From contig JBKHHE010000004.1 of NCBI GenBank assembly GCA_046539305.1, positions 606 through 64,605 of the forward strand: 64,000 nucleotides of DNA, in the 5' to 3' direction. Shown here in pieces: positions 18,362 through 26,946 of this stretch. The notes under the pieces are model-generated. The model was not told the origin of the DNA, searched no databases, and saw nothing but the letters and a program-made list of their open reading frames with translations. Made by a program: the position numbers and the translations under genes. Each line of letters opens with the position of its first letter. The first letter of the stretch is position 1. This DNA is from Candidatus Aenigmatarchaeota archaeon. GTDB taxonomy: Archaea; Aenigmatarchaeota; Aenigmatarchaeia; PWEA01.

Positions 18362-18868
18362 ATGAAGGCGGCGATATGTGAGGTATGTCTGAAGAACGAC
18401 ATGCTCTGCGAGGGCTGTTCCAAGAAGCTGGAAGAGGGAGAAATATCGGAAAGGGCTGTGGAGATCTCCAAGTATCTTTATTCTCTGACGGATGATTATC
18501 CCTATCTGGAGGACGTGGAGATAAGCGAGATATATATCGGTGAAGACGTCATAATAATAGTTGCGTCCGAGGACGATGTCGGCAGGGTGGTGGGGAAGGG
18601 TGGCGAAGTTGTAAAGGAGCTTGCAAGCGAGTTCAAAAGGGCTATCCGTGTGGTAGAGTCCAGCGAGGATGTGAAAAAGTTTGCCAGGAACCTGCTTCCT
18701 GATGTCAAGGTCTACGGCGTGAACAAGGTTTTCTCACCGGAGGAAGACTATTACAGGATCGTGGTCGATTCGGAGGACAAGAACAGGATAATGTTGAAGG
18801 AGGAGGAGTTGTCCGAGGTCATGGAAAGGATAACCGGCGAGAAGGCCAGGATTTCTTTCAGGTCCTAG
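18362..18868 (+). CDS. KH-domain RNA-binding protein with N-terminal Cys4 zinc ribbon (NusA-like)
   Basis: CEVC...CEGC N-terminus and KH GxxG motif VGKGGEVVKEL. Confidence 0.6.
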   Translation: MKAAICEVCLKNDMLCEGCSKKLEEGEISERAVEISKYLYSLTDDYPYLEDVEISEIYIGEDVIIIVASEDDVGRVVGKGGEVVKELASEFKRAIRVVESSEDVKKFARNLLPDVKVYGVNKVFSPEEDYYRIVVDSEDKNRIMLKEEELSEVMERITGEKARISFRS

Positions 18869-18931
18869 GCTTGTACCTGAGTAGCTAAAGTTTTAAACTT
18901 CTGGAACTAATTATGGACTGGTGACATTTTA

Positions 18932-19261
18932 ATGGTTTATACGACTTCGCTCGTCAGTTTTCTGACGGGGCTCGTGGTTTCTGCGATCATAATTTATTTT
19001 GTAAGTTCCGCCTTCGGGAAGAAGAGGGGATTGAAGACGGCATTTCTGGCCGCTGCTGCAGGCTCGATAATATACACCCTGTCCTCTATATACATAAGCG
19101 TAGGTCTTGTCGCGACTTTTGTTGGCGGAGTTGTCTGGCTTTTTGCCCTTAAGCACTTCTACGGAATAGGCTGGCTCAAGGCTCTGCTGATAGCCGTCTT
19201 CATATGGGCCGCGGCCAATATAGTCAACACCTTCCTTCCTACGGTCGCAGGTCCTTTGTGA
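18932..19261 (+). CDS. membrane protein (3-4 TM)
   Basis: 109 aa, hydrophobic throughout. Confidence 0.5.
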   Translation: MVYTTSLVSFLTGLVVSAIIIYFVSSAFGKKRGLKTAFLAAAAGSIIYTLSSIYISVGLVATFVGGVVWLFALKHFYGIGWLKALLIAVFIWAAANIVNTFLPTVAGPL

Positions 19262-19376
19262 AAAACATTGCTTAGCCCTTCAGTCAAAACCGAGGGATTG
19301 GGCCATACCTTTAAATATTTTAAGGGTCAGATATGTCTTGAACCTTACTATAAATAACTGCAAAGGGGGTGAAATT

Positions 19377-19505
19377 TTGATCGAAGAAAAATATGAAGGC
19401 CGAAATATACCCTCTTCCACCGACGGGAGGAATGGGCCTGTCTTCAATGTCCATCATGAAGTCGCGAGGAACATGAAAGAATACAAGAACGGAAATCTAA
19501 AGTGA
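19377..19505 (+). CDS. candidate micro-ORF (42 aa, TTG start)
   Basis: TATA-like CTTTAAATATTTTAAG at 19309-19324. Shine-Dalgarno-like GGGGGTGA lies 4 nt upstream of the TTG. A T6 run follows the stop. An alternative 27-aa ATG frame (19392) and an antisense 34-aa ORF compete with it. Confidence 0.25.
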   Translation: MIEEKYEGRNIPSSTDGRNGPVFNVHHEVARNMKEYKNGNLK

Positions 19506-19629
19506 ACGGTAGCATACCGTTTTTTCCTTCTTCGACCTGCATACCCATAGTTTTACAGGTCTTGTCTATTTGAAACTGCTTAGTAGTAACATTTAAATAT
19601 CAGGAGAACAAATAACTAAACGTGATATT

Positions 19630-19743
19630 ATGAATATAGATGAATATAGGAATAGAAACGATGAAGAAATAGACAACATCGGGTACCTCGAGAGTTTCAA
19701 GAAGGAACCCGGACCGGACAACGATCCCCTCGCTATGGACTAA
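19630..19743 (+). CDS. candidate micro-ORF (37 aa, acidic)
   Basis: ATG lies about 30 nt downstream of CATTTAAATATC. Followed by a hairpin and T-runs. Confidence 0.3.
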   Translation: MNIDEYRNRNDEEIDNIGYLESFKKEPGPDNDPLAMD

Positions 19744-19768
19744 TCTAACTTTTAGGAACATCGTCTTT

Positions 19769-19816
19769 GGGGACGGAAAGGAGGGGGTTTCCGACGCCCC
19801 CTTTACTTTTCTTTTC
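19769..19816 (+). terminator. GC hairpin plus T-rich tract
   Basis: GGGG-A-CGGAAA-[GGAGGGGG]-UUUCCG-ACG-CCCC followed by TTTACTTTTCTTTTC. Confidence 0.4.
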
Positions 19817-19879
19817 AGCCTCCCGGGCCCGGTTTTTACTTTCACCATCTTTATAAAATTCTAGTTCGAAGAAACTACC

Positions 19880-21643
19880 ATGCGCATAGCTATAGTGGAT
19901 GAGGAAAAATGCAACCCGAACAAGTGTGACTGGGAATGTTTTAAGGCGTGTCCCGTCAACAGAAAGGGCGAGGACTGCATAACCAAGGGTGACATCGCGG
20001 AGATAGACGAGGGACTGTGTATAGGCTGCGGTATATGTGTCACCAAATGTCCCTTCGACGCGATAAAGATCGTGAACACGCCGGAGGAGCTGGACGAGAG
20101 ACCCGTCCACCGTTTCGGGAAGAACGCCTTCGTCCTGTACAGACTTCCAGTCCCAAAACCCGGGGGTGTCGTAGGCCTTCTTGGAGGTAACGGCCTCGGA
20201 AAGTCCACGGCCCTGAAAATACTTTCAGGAGGTATAGAACCGAACCTGGGCGAGCCCGGACAGAAAGCTTCTTTGGATGAAATATCGAAGCTCTTCCGGG
20301 GTACGCAGTTGCAGGACTATTTCCACAAGGTGGAAGATAAGAAAAAAACTGCTTACAAGCCGCAGCGCGTAGAGGAGATTCCTAGAATGTACGAAGGGGA
20401 GGTGAAGAACTTCCTGGAGAGGACAGACGAAAGGGGGATCTTGGACAAAGTTCTCAGAAAGTTAAGCATAGAAAACGTTCAGGACAGGAGACTGGAGGAG
20501 CTTTCCGGGGGAGAGCTACAGAGAGTCGCGATAGCCGCTACCCTTTGCAAGGACGCGGACATATATTACTTCGACGAACCTTCTTCGTATCTGGATGTAT
20601 ATCAGAGACTTCAGGTGGGGAAATTGATTCAGGAACTTGCGGAGGAGAAGACGGTTATGGTGGTGGACCACGACCTCGCGACTCTGGACTACCTTGCGGA
20701 CACTGTTCATGTATTCTACGGAGAGCCGGGCGCTTACGGCATCGTTTCAAAACCCTACTCAACTAGAAAGGGTATAAACGCGTACCTTGAGGGTTATATA
20801 CGTGAGGACAACGTCCGGTTCAGGGACGAGCCGATAAAGTTCGAAGTCAGAGCACCTACACAGGAGAAAGAGAGGAAGCCGTTGCTCCAGTTTCCGGAGA
20901 CAAAGAAAAAACTTGGAGATTTCGAGCTTGCGGTGGAAGAAGGAAGCCTGGCGGAGGAGGAACAGCTCGGGCTTTTTGGTGCCAACGCCCTTGGAAAGAG
21001 CACCTTTGCCAAGATTCTGGCCGGCGAGATGGAAGCGGACGAGGGCGGACCGGAAGACACATTGGAAATATCTTACAAGCCGCAGAAGATAGAAGTGGGT
21101 GAAAAGGGGAGGGTTATAGATTTTCTGGGCAGAGTTGTGGACAATCCCTATTCAAACGATTTCAAGAACCAGATTCTGAGGCCTCTGGACCTTGGAGATC
21201 TACTTGAGAACAGTGTTTCAAATCTCTCCGGCGGGGAAAGGCAGAGGCTGGCGATAGCTGTCTGCCTGTCCAAGGACGCGGACGTGTACCTTCTGGACGA
21301 ACCCTCTGCATATCTGGACGTGGATCAGAGGCTCGCAGTGGCGAAGCTCGTACAGTCCGTAACTTCCCGCAACGAAGCCTCGAGCATGGTGATAGACCAT
21401 GATATCTTGTTCCTCGATTATTTGTCGGAAAGGGGTATGGTCTTTCTCGGCGAGCCCGGAAAAACGGGCAGGGCACTCAAACCGGGGGACCTTGAGGCCT
21501 CCTTCAATCGCTTTCTTGAGGACGTGGGAGTCACGTTCCGCAGGGACCCACAGACCGGACGTCCGAGGGCGAACAAACCCGATTCTGTGAAGGACCGTGA
21601 GCAGAAGGACAGCGGAAACTACTACTACGTGGGGGAAGAATGA
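19880..21643 (+). CDS. abce1: ABCE1 / RNase L inhibitor ribosome-recycling ATPase
   Basis: N-terminal 2x[4Fe-4S] Cys clusters (CNPNKCDWECFKACP, CIGCGICVTKCP). Two ABC cassettes (GGNGLGKST/LSGGELQR and GANALGKST/LSGGERQR). Confidence 0.92.
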   Translation: MRIAIVDEEKCNPNKCDWECFKACPVNRKGEDCITKGDIAEIDEGLCIGCGICVTKCPFDAIKIVNTPEELDERPVHRFGKNAFVLYRLPVPKPGGVVGLLGGNGLGKSTALKILSGGIEPNLGEPGQKASLDEISKLFRGTQLQDYFHKVEDKKKTAYKPQRVEEIPRMYEGEVKNFLERTDERGILDKVLRKLSIENVQDRRLEELSGGELQRVAIAATLCKDADIYYFDEPSSYLDVYQRLQVGKLIQELAEEKTVMVVDHDLATLDYLADTVHVFYGEPGAYGIVSKPYSTRKGINAYLEGYIREDNVRFRDEPIKFEVRAPTQEKERKPLLQFPETKKKLGDFELAVEEGSLAEEEQLGLFGANALGKSTFAKILAGEMEADEGGPEDTLEISYKPQKIEVGEKGRVIDFLGRVVDNPYSNDFKNQILRPLDLGDLLENSVSNLSGGERQRLAIAVCLSKDADVYLLDEPSAYLDVDQRLAVAKLVQSVTSRNEASSMVIDHDILFLDYLSERGMVFLGEPGKTGRALKPGDLEASFNRFLEDVGVTFRRDPQTGRPRANKPDSVKDREQKDSGNYYYVGEE

Positions 21644-22053
21644 GCGAGATTCATCTGGCGGTTGATGGAGTAGTCCTGAAAGGCGATAAAGTAGTCCTGG
21701 TTTATAGGAAGTACGAGCCGGAGGGCTGGGCGCTGCCAGGAGGGCACGTCGAAGTTGACGAAACGTTGAAAAAGGCCTGTGTGAGAGAGGTCAAGGAGGA
21801 AACCGGGCTAGAAGTGGAGATAGTTGAGGAGGATGATTTGAACCCTCTTGGCGTGTACGACGATCCTGATAGAGATCCACGGAAGAGGATGGTTAGTGTG
21901 GTATATGTCTGTAAGGCGAAGGACGGCGAGCTCAGGGCAAGCAGCGATGCCAAAAGGGTGAAAGCCTTTCACGTGGAGGAGGCCATGGATCTGGAGTTAC
22001 AGTTCGACCATTTTAAAATTCTCAGAGATTTTTTAGAAAGACACGACAGATGA
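21640..22053 (+). CDS. NUDIX hydrolase
   Basis: Nudix box GGHVEVDETLKKACVREVKEETGL. ATGA overlap with abce1. Confidence 0.85.
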   Translation: MSEIHLAVDGVVLKGDKVVLVYRKYEPEGWALPGGHVEVDETLKKACVREVKEETGLEVEIVEEDDLNPLGVYDDPDRDPRKRMVSVVYVCKAKDGELRASSDAKRVKAFHVEEAMDLELQFDHFKILRDFLERHDR

Positions 22054-22091
22054 ACTTTTCCGACGACGTAGGTCTACGACTCCTTCACCAG

Positions 22092-22589
22092 TTAACTTCT
22101 TCTACCTCTTTCCAGCTTCCTGTCGATGTCGTCCAGCTTCCGGAGTATTTCTTCAAGCATCTCCTCGGTATTTCCTCCGGTGCTTCTGGGTCTGTTTTCG
22201 TTTCTCCCCGGGGTTCTCCCACCCTCTTTTGGTCTTCTCTCTTTTCTGGGGCTGTCTTCCCCTCTTCTTCCACCTGAAGATCTCCTGGATCCGGTGGAGG
22301 GGCTACGGGACCCGACATCTTGTCCTCTTTCTTCCCTGGTTAGGTCGGGAGTCCTTCTCTTCCCTCCCTTCGCTTCTGAACCACCAATCTCGGGCGCCTC
22401 GGGAAGATTTTTAACATTTTCCTCGGAGGGCAGTCCAAGATCTTCCTTTCTTCTTCTCGATCCAGGCCTTTGGTTAGAAGGGTTTCTTCGCCTGGGAATC
22501 GCTGTTTCACCTTCTTCGGAACCCCTATCGACTATTTTTCCCTCGTCTTCGGAGGTATGAAGAAATCTCTTAAGTTTGCCCAGTACCAT
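22092..22589 (-). CDS. Arg/Gly/Ser/Glu-rich intrinsically disordered basic protein with short C-terminal helix
   Basis: Start set at MVLGKLKRF, about 30 nt downstream of ACTAATAAATATC. The sequence is almost entirely low-complexity R/G/S/P/E and ends in EEMLEEILRKLDDIDRKLERGRRS. Confidence 0.5.
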   Translation of the reverse strand: MVLGKLKRFLHTSEDEGKIVDRGSEEGETAIPRRRNPSNQRPGSRRRKEDLGLPSEENVKNLPEAPEIGGSEAKGGKRRTPDLTREERGQDVGSRSPSTGSRRSSGGRRGEDSPRKERRPKEGGRTPGRNENRPRSTGGNTEEMLEEILRKLDDIDRKLERGRRS

Positions 22590-22666
22590 AATTTTATTAT
22601 GCAGGCAGAGATATTTATTAGTGTTGGGTAAAGAATGCAAGCTTAGGTTCGTTTTCGGGTTTTATT

Positions 22667-23881
22667 ATGGCTGATTTCAAAGGACCGTTGAGGAAGAGGA
22701 GCATTACCTTTGAAGGAGAGTCAGGCTTTCCTGCAGGTATATATTTTGATATGGTTGATGTCCTGTACTTTTTGGACTACGAGGTGAAAAAGGTCGAGGA
22801 CTGGTTGGAGGTGACACCTAATTCTGAGTTCTACCAGGACATATCCCAGAAGAAGCAGAGCATCGAGAACCAGGTTGCCAATATTACAAACAAGCTATCC
22901 GAGACCAGGAAGGAGCTTGAGATGCTTCGCCACGACAAGAGGAAGCTGGAGAGAATAGTAGACCACAAGGAAGAGGGAGATATAAACGTCCTCAAGGCAG
23001 ATTATATAGATCTCGTTGACAGGAACACGCAGAGGGGTCTCATAAATCTTGCCCAGGCAGGTAAATTCCCCTCTATAGTTGTTGATTTTTACAAGGTGGA
23101 GAGCGAGGAGGATATAGAAAAACTGGACGTTTCCAAGGCCGAAAAAGAAATACTCAGGCGTAAGTGGAAACTGTTTCAGGACTGGTTGGATAGATATGTG
23201 GGAGAAATAGAGACACGGCTTGGGACTGTAGAGAGCGAGATAAGGAGTCAGGAGGCAACGATAGAGAATCTCAAGGACGCCTTGAAACCTTACGCGAAGG
23301 CTATGAAGAGGGTAAGGCTGTCGGAGCCGGATGAGTACGAAGGACTGAGCGACCCGACGATAGTTGAGAAGTACCCCAGCTCAGTAGCCGGTGTGAAGCT
23401 CTATGCCTGGAAGGAGATAAGTCTGGAATCCGTTAAGAGGCATTACGAGGAAATCCCTCCTGAAGCAGATAGCCTGGAGTATTTCTGCTTCCTCGAAATA
23501 ATGGTCGAAAAAAAGGCCAAAGTTGTGGCCCAGGAGGCAAAAGAGGGCATAACCATAGAGATAACCCCTTCGCTCAAACACAGAAGGGATATAGAGGAGA
23601 AAAAGAAGGAAATCAAGAGAAAAGAGAGGGAACTCCTTAAGTCTATTCAGGGTATGAGAGGGGAAATTTCGGAGGAAAAAGAGGAAGAAGAAACCAGGGA
23701 AAGCCTCGGGAAAAAGCTCAAGGGTTTCGGAAAGAGGGTTCTAAAGATTCCAGGAGAGAGGGAATCCCATCCAAAGACCGAGGCAGCCTTTAAAACGGTG
23801 ATCGAGGAAGAGGTCGACATAGTTTACGAAAAAATAAAGGAGCTTGGCGGCGGCCTCAAGCTCAGAAAAATCAAGAGGTAG
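22667..23881 (+). CDS. hypothetical coiled-coil protein
   Basis: 404 aa with long heptad-like E/K/L-rich stretches and no recognised catalytic motif. First gene of an operon-like run. Confidence 0.6.
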   Translation: MADFKGPLRKRSITFEGESGFPAGIYFDMVDVLYFLDYEVKKVEDWLEVTPNSEFYQDISQKKQSIENQVANITNKLSETRKELEMLRHDKRKLERIVDHKEEGDINVLKADYIDLVDRNTQRGLINLAQAGKFPSIVVDFYKVESEEDIEKLDVSKAEKEILRRKWKLFQDWLDRYVGEIETRLGTVESEIRSQEATIENLKDALKPYAKAMKRVRLSEPDEYEGLSDPTIVEKYPSSVAGVKLYAWKEISLESVKRHYEEIPPEADSLEYFCFLEIMVEKKAKVVAQEAKEGITIEITPSLKHRRDIEEKKKEIKRKERELLKSIQGMRGEISEEKEEEETRESLGKKLKGFGKRVLKIPGERESHPKTEAAFKTVIEEEVDIVYEKIKELGGGLKLRKIKR

Positions 23882-23888
23882 TCAGGAG

Positions 23889-25484
23889 ATGCTGAAGAGT
23901 CTCAAAAAGTTTTTCAAGCTCCCGGTCAAGGACAGAAAACTGGAGCCCGAGGGCTACAGGATAGAGACAAGCACATGGCCGGAAGCCGGGGGAGAGAACA
24001 TACTTTCTGGCATCAGCACGGCCCTCCACAGCGGTGCCACGACAGTCGAGGTCACCGGAAACCATCCCTCCTCTTTCGCCCCACATATAATGAGAGAACT
24101 CAAAAACTTCATAGAACAGGAAAACCTGGACATCAACATTCACACCCGGATACAGCTGAGGATAGCCAGAGCTATCAGAAGGGACTACGAAAGGGTCCAG
24201 GACTATTTAAAGGGCTACGTCGAAGTTGCCGAGGAACTCGACAGTGACTATATAAACGTCCATACCTCTTCTTTCCCGAGTCCCGAGCTCGGCAGGGTCA
24301 CTGGAGTTTCAAGGGGCACCACCGTATCCCCGGACGGGAAAACTGCCGAGGAATTTATAATCGATATGGCGAAGAAGTCGGAGAAGGTCTTCAGCCATGT
24401 AATAGACGTGCTCATGGACTCGAGACTGCCAAACGTCACACATTACGCTGCCGAAGACATAATCCGAGAAATTGCCGAGGAGAGGAATGTGGAGCTGGAT
24501 GCGGCAGAGAACGAATTTAAAAGGAAGTTCCGTGACGATGACGAAGACCTCATAGAGATGATAAAGGAGGTCCTCAGGGACAAGTTCAGAAAGGTCAACA
24601 AACTCCCCTTCGAAACCGGATCGAGGATAATCGATGAACTTATGATGTACAAGATGGTGGCCTGGAAAATGTACGAGGAGAACCATCCCATCTGGAACAA
24701 GATATGCGGAGGAGAAGAGCCTGATGAGGTAGCAGACAGGAACATGAGTGACCTGATCGACGCAGTAGCGGGGAGATACATAGAGGGTCATATAGAGAAG
24801 CTCAAGGACGACCTCGAAAGTTCCGGGGTGATACTGACCCTGGAGACCCCGAACGCCGAGGAGGGCAGGTTTATAGGGTACTATCGGCTCGTTGACCCGG
24901 AAAAGATATACCACGTTGTGAAGAGTATAGGCCATCCACTCGTCAGGCTCTGCATAGATTTCGAGCATATAGCGAGTCACGGAATCAGTCCCGCAAAGGC
25001 TATGAAAGAGGCGCCGGGAGGCATAGGTGAGGTGACCTACGTCGTCCACATTTCCGGGGAACCCGTACCCGGCCACAGACACAAGCCCCTTGAGAAGGGT
25101 GATATAGACCTTTACAGGATGTTATGGAACCTGAGAAAGAAAGGATTTGAGGGTGGATACCTAAACTTCGAGAGAGGTGGAGGTGGTGAAAGGATCCAAG
25201 AAGGGAGGGAAGACCCCTACCAGGATTCGCTTCCCAATCTGAAGGAGATAGTCATGTATCTCGAGGACGATACACCCCCCGAGGAGCTACCCGAAGAATT
25301 CTACGGATACACGGACAAAGAGTTCAAGCAGGAAAGGGCCACAGTCCTTTCCCATACCTTCGACCCCCTTGAAGGCTTGATTGAAACGCCTGAGCTGAAG
25401 GACAGCCTCCTTGCGAAGTATGCGAAGGACACTGAACCGCGGATGCGCGGCGAAGGTGCCTGGGAAAGGGAGGAGCACAGGTAG
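23889..25484 (+). CDS. xylose-isomerase/AP-endonuclease-2-like TIM-barrel protein with a large helical insertion
   Basis: Start set at MLKSLKKFF, after CAGGAG. N-terminal barrel strands (TTVEVTG, NIHTR, YINVHTS) and C-terminal ones (LTLETPN, CIDFEHI, VVHISG, LNFERGG) are separated by an acidic helical segment of roughly 150-190 aa. Confidence 0.55.
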   Translation: MLKSLKKFFKLPVKDRKLEPEGYRIETSTWPEAGGENILSGISTALHSGATTVEVTGNHPSSFAPHIMRELKNFIEQENLDINIHTRIQLRIARAIRRDYERVQDYLKGYVEVAEELDSDYINVHTSSFPSPELGRVTGVSRGTTVSPDGKTAEEFIIDMAKKSEKVFSHVIDVLMDSRLPNVTHYAAEDIIREIAEERNVELDAAENEFKRKFRDDDEDLIEMIKEVLRDKFRKVNKLPFETGSRIIDELMMYKMVAWKMYEENHPIWNKICGGEEPDEVADRNMSDLIDAVAGRYIEGHIEKLKDDLESSGVILTLETPNAEEGRFIGYYRLVDPEKIYHVVKSIGHPLVRLCIDFEHIASHGISPAKAMKEAPGGIGEVTYVVHISGEPVPGHRHKPLEKGDIDLYRMLWNLRKKGFEGGYLNFERGGGGERIQEGREDPYQDSLPNLKEIVMYLEDDTPPEELPEEFYGYTDKEFKQERATVLSHTFDPLEGLIETPELKDSLLAKYAKDTEPRMRGEGAWEREEHR

Positions 25485-25537
25485 GACAAGTTTTAAATAT
25501 AAGGAGTTGTAACTATTAGGTGGTAAAGGGTGTTGCA

Positions 25538-26938
25538 ATGACAGGGAAAAAGGAAAAGAAACGTGGGCGAAACGAGAGCCTGAAACCCGAGGAAACCTTT
25601 ACCGAAACGAGGGATTTCCGCTCCACCAAGAAGAAGATCGAGGACTTTCAGAAGGAAAGGAGGATGGACGCCGCGGAGAAGTTCAAGGAGAGGGCGCTGG
25701 AGAAACATGAGGAGGATATAAAGGCTATAATAGGAACTGGTTCTGTCACGAGAAATGAATTTTCGTCGGAGTCGGACCTGGACGTCACAGTTTTTATTGA
25801 CGACACCCATGAAGACATGGACAAGGAAAAAAAGGAAAAGATAGAGGAAGACCTGAAGGAGGTAGCAGAAGGCTGTGGAAAAACGAAAAATGGCAACAAG
25901 ATTCTACATGTCCAGCCGCCATGGACCATAACTGAATACTGGGACATGATGAGAAGGGGCAGTCCGGTCGCACACTCGTGGACCCAGGATGCTGTGGCGC
26001 TATACGATGATGGATTCTTTGAGCCCATCCAGAGGCTTTACAAGATGGGTAAGTTCCCCGCGACTAGGAAATCCGCAGAGAAGAGAATGTCCAAAGTCCC
26101 AAAAAGGATAAACCGTGCCGAGAGGATGAAAGTTCTGATAGTTGCGAAGGACGTGTACTACGCTATGCTGAATTCTCTACAGGCGATTATAGTTTATATG
26201 GGCGAGGAGGCTCCGGCTCCAAAGCAACTGGCCGAGATTGCCAGGGAAAACCTCGTCGAGAGGGATCTCCTCGAGGAAAAATACATAGAGCAGTATGAGG
26301 AAGTTTATTCTATACACAAAGATGTTGAGCGCAACGAAATAGACGAGATGGAGGGTGAAAAGGTAGATGAATATTTGGAAATGGCCAGAGAGTTTATAGG
26401 TGAGATGCAGAAGTTGATGAAGAAGATAGAGCTGAACAGAAAGGCGAGGAAGATACAGTCCAACTACGAGTCTATGGTCAAGACGTCCGTGGCCGCGCTC
26501 AAGGCTCTTGATGAGCTTCCCGAGGACCCCAAGGACCTGCCGAAAGCGTTCAAGGAAAAGCTCATAGACCAGGAGCTCATAGACCCGAGATACGAGAAGA
26601 CCTTCGGGAAAGTTCTTGAAATGAAGAAAAAGCTGAACGACAAGGAGATAGAGGACGTGACGGAACACGAGATAAACGTCGCGGAAGAGTTCGTGAAGGG
26701 GTTCATAAAGGACATACGCGAGCTGTTGGAGGAAAGGAATATTAGCCCCGAGGACCTGAAAAAGGACTTCAAGGCAGAGGAGAAAGTAGAAGCCGGTGAA
26801 CTAGCCGAGCAAGAGAAGCAGGAGGAAGGTTCCACAAAAGCAGAGGGAAATAACGGGGAGAACTTCGCTTGTGAAGATTGTGGAAAGGAGTTCGACACCG
26901 AGAGAGGCCTGAAGATTCATAAAGGTAAGGCGCATTAG
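25538..26938 (+). CDS. Pol-beta-superfamily nucleotidyltransferase fused to a long helical region and a C-terminal C2H2 zinc finger
   Basis: NTase motif GTGSVTRNEFSSESDLDVTVFIDD. C-terminal FACEDCGKEFDTERGLKIHKGKAH. TATA-like GTTTTAAATATAAGG upstream. Confidence 0.65.
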   Translation: MTGKKEKKRGRNESLKPEETFTETRDFRSTKKKIEDFQKERRMDAAEKFKERALEKHEEDIKAIIGTGSVTRNEFSSESDLDVTVFIDDTHEDMDKEKKEKIEEDLKEVAEGCGKTKNGNKILHVQPPWTITEYWDMMRRGSPVAHSWTQDAVALYDDGFFEPIQRLYKMGKFPATRKSAEKRMSKVPKRINRAERMKVLIVAKDVYYAMLNSLQAIIVYMGEEAPAPKQLAEIARENLVERDLLEEKYIEQYEEVYSIHKDVERNEIDEMEGEKVDEYLEMAREFIGEMQKLMKKIELNRKARKIQSNYESMVKTSVAALKALDELPEDPKDLPKAFKEKLIDQELIDPRYEKTFGKVLEMKKKLNDKEIEDVTEHEINVAEEFVKGFIKDIRELLEERNISPEDLKKDFKAEEKVEAGELAEQEKQEEGSTKAEGNNGENFACEDCGKEFDTERGLKIHKGKAH

Positions 26939-26946
26939 TTTTTCTT

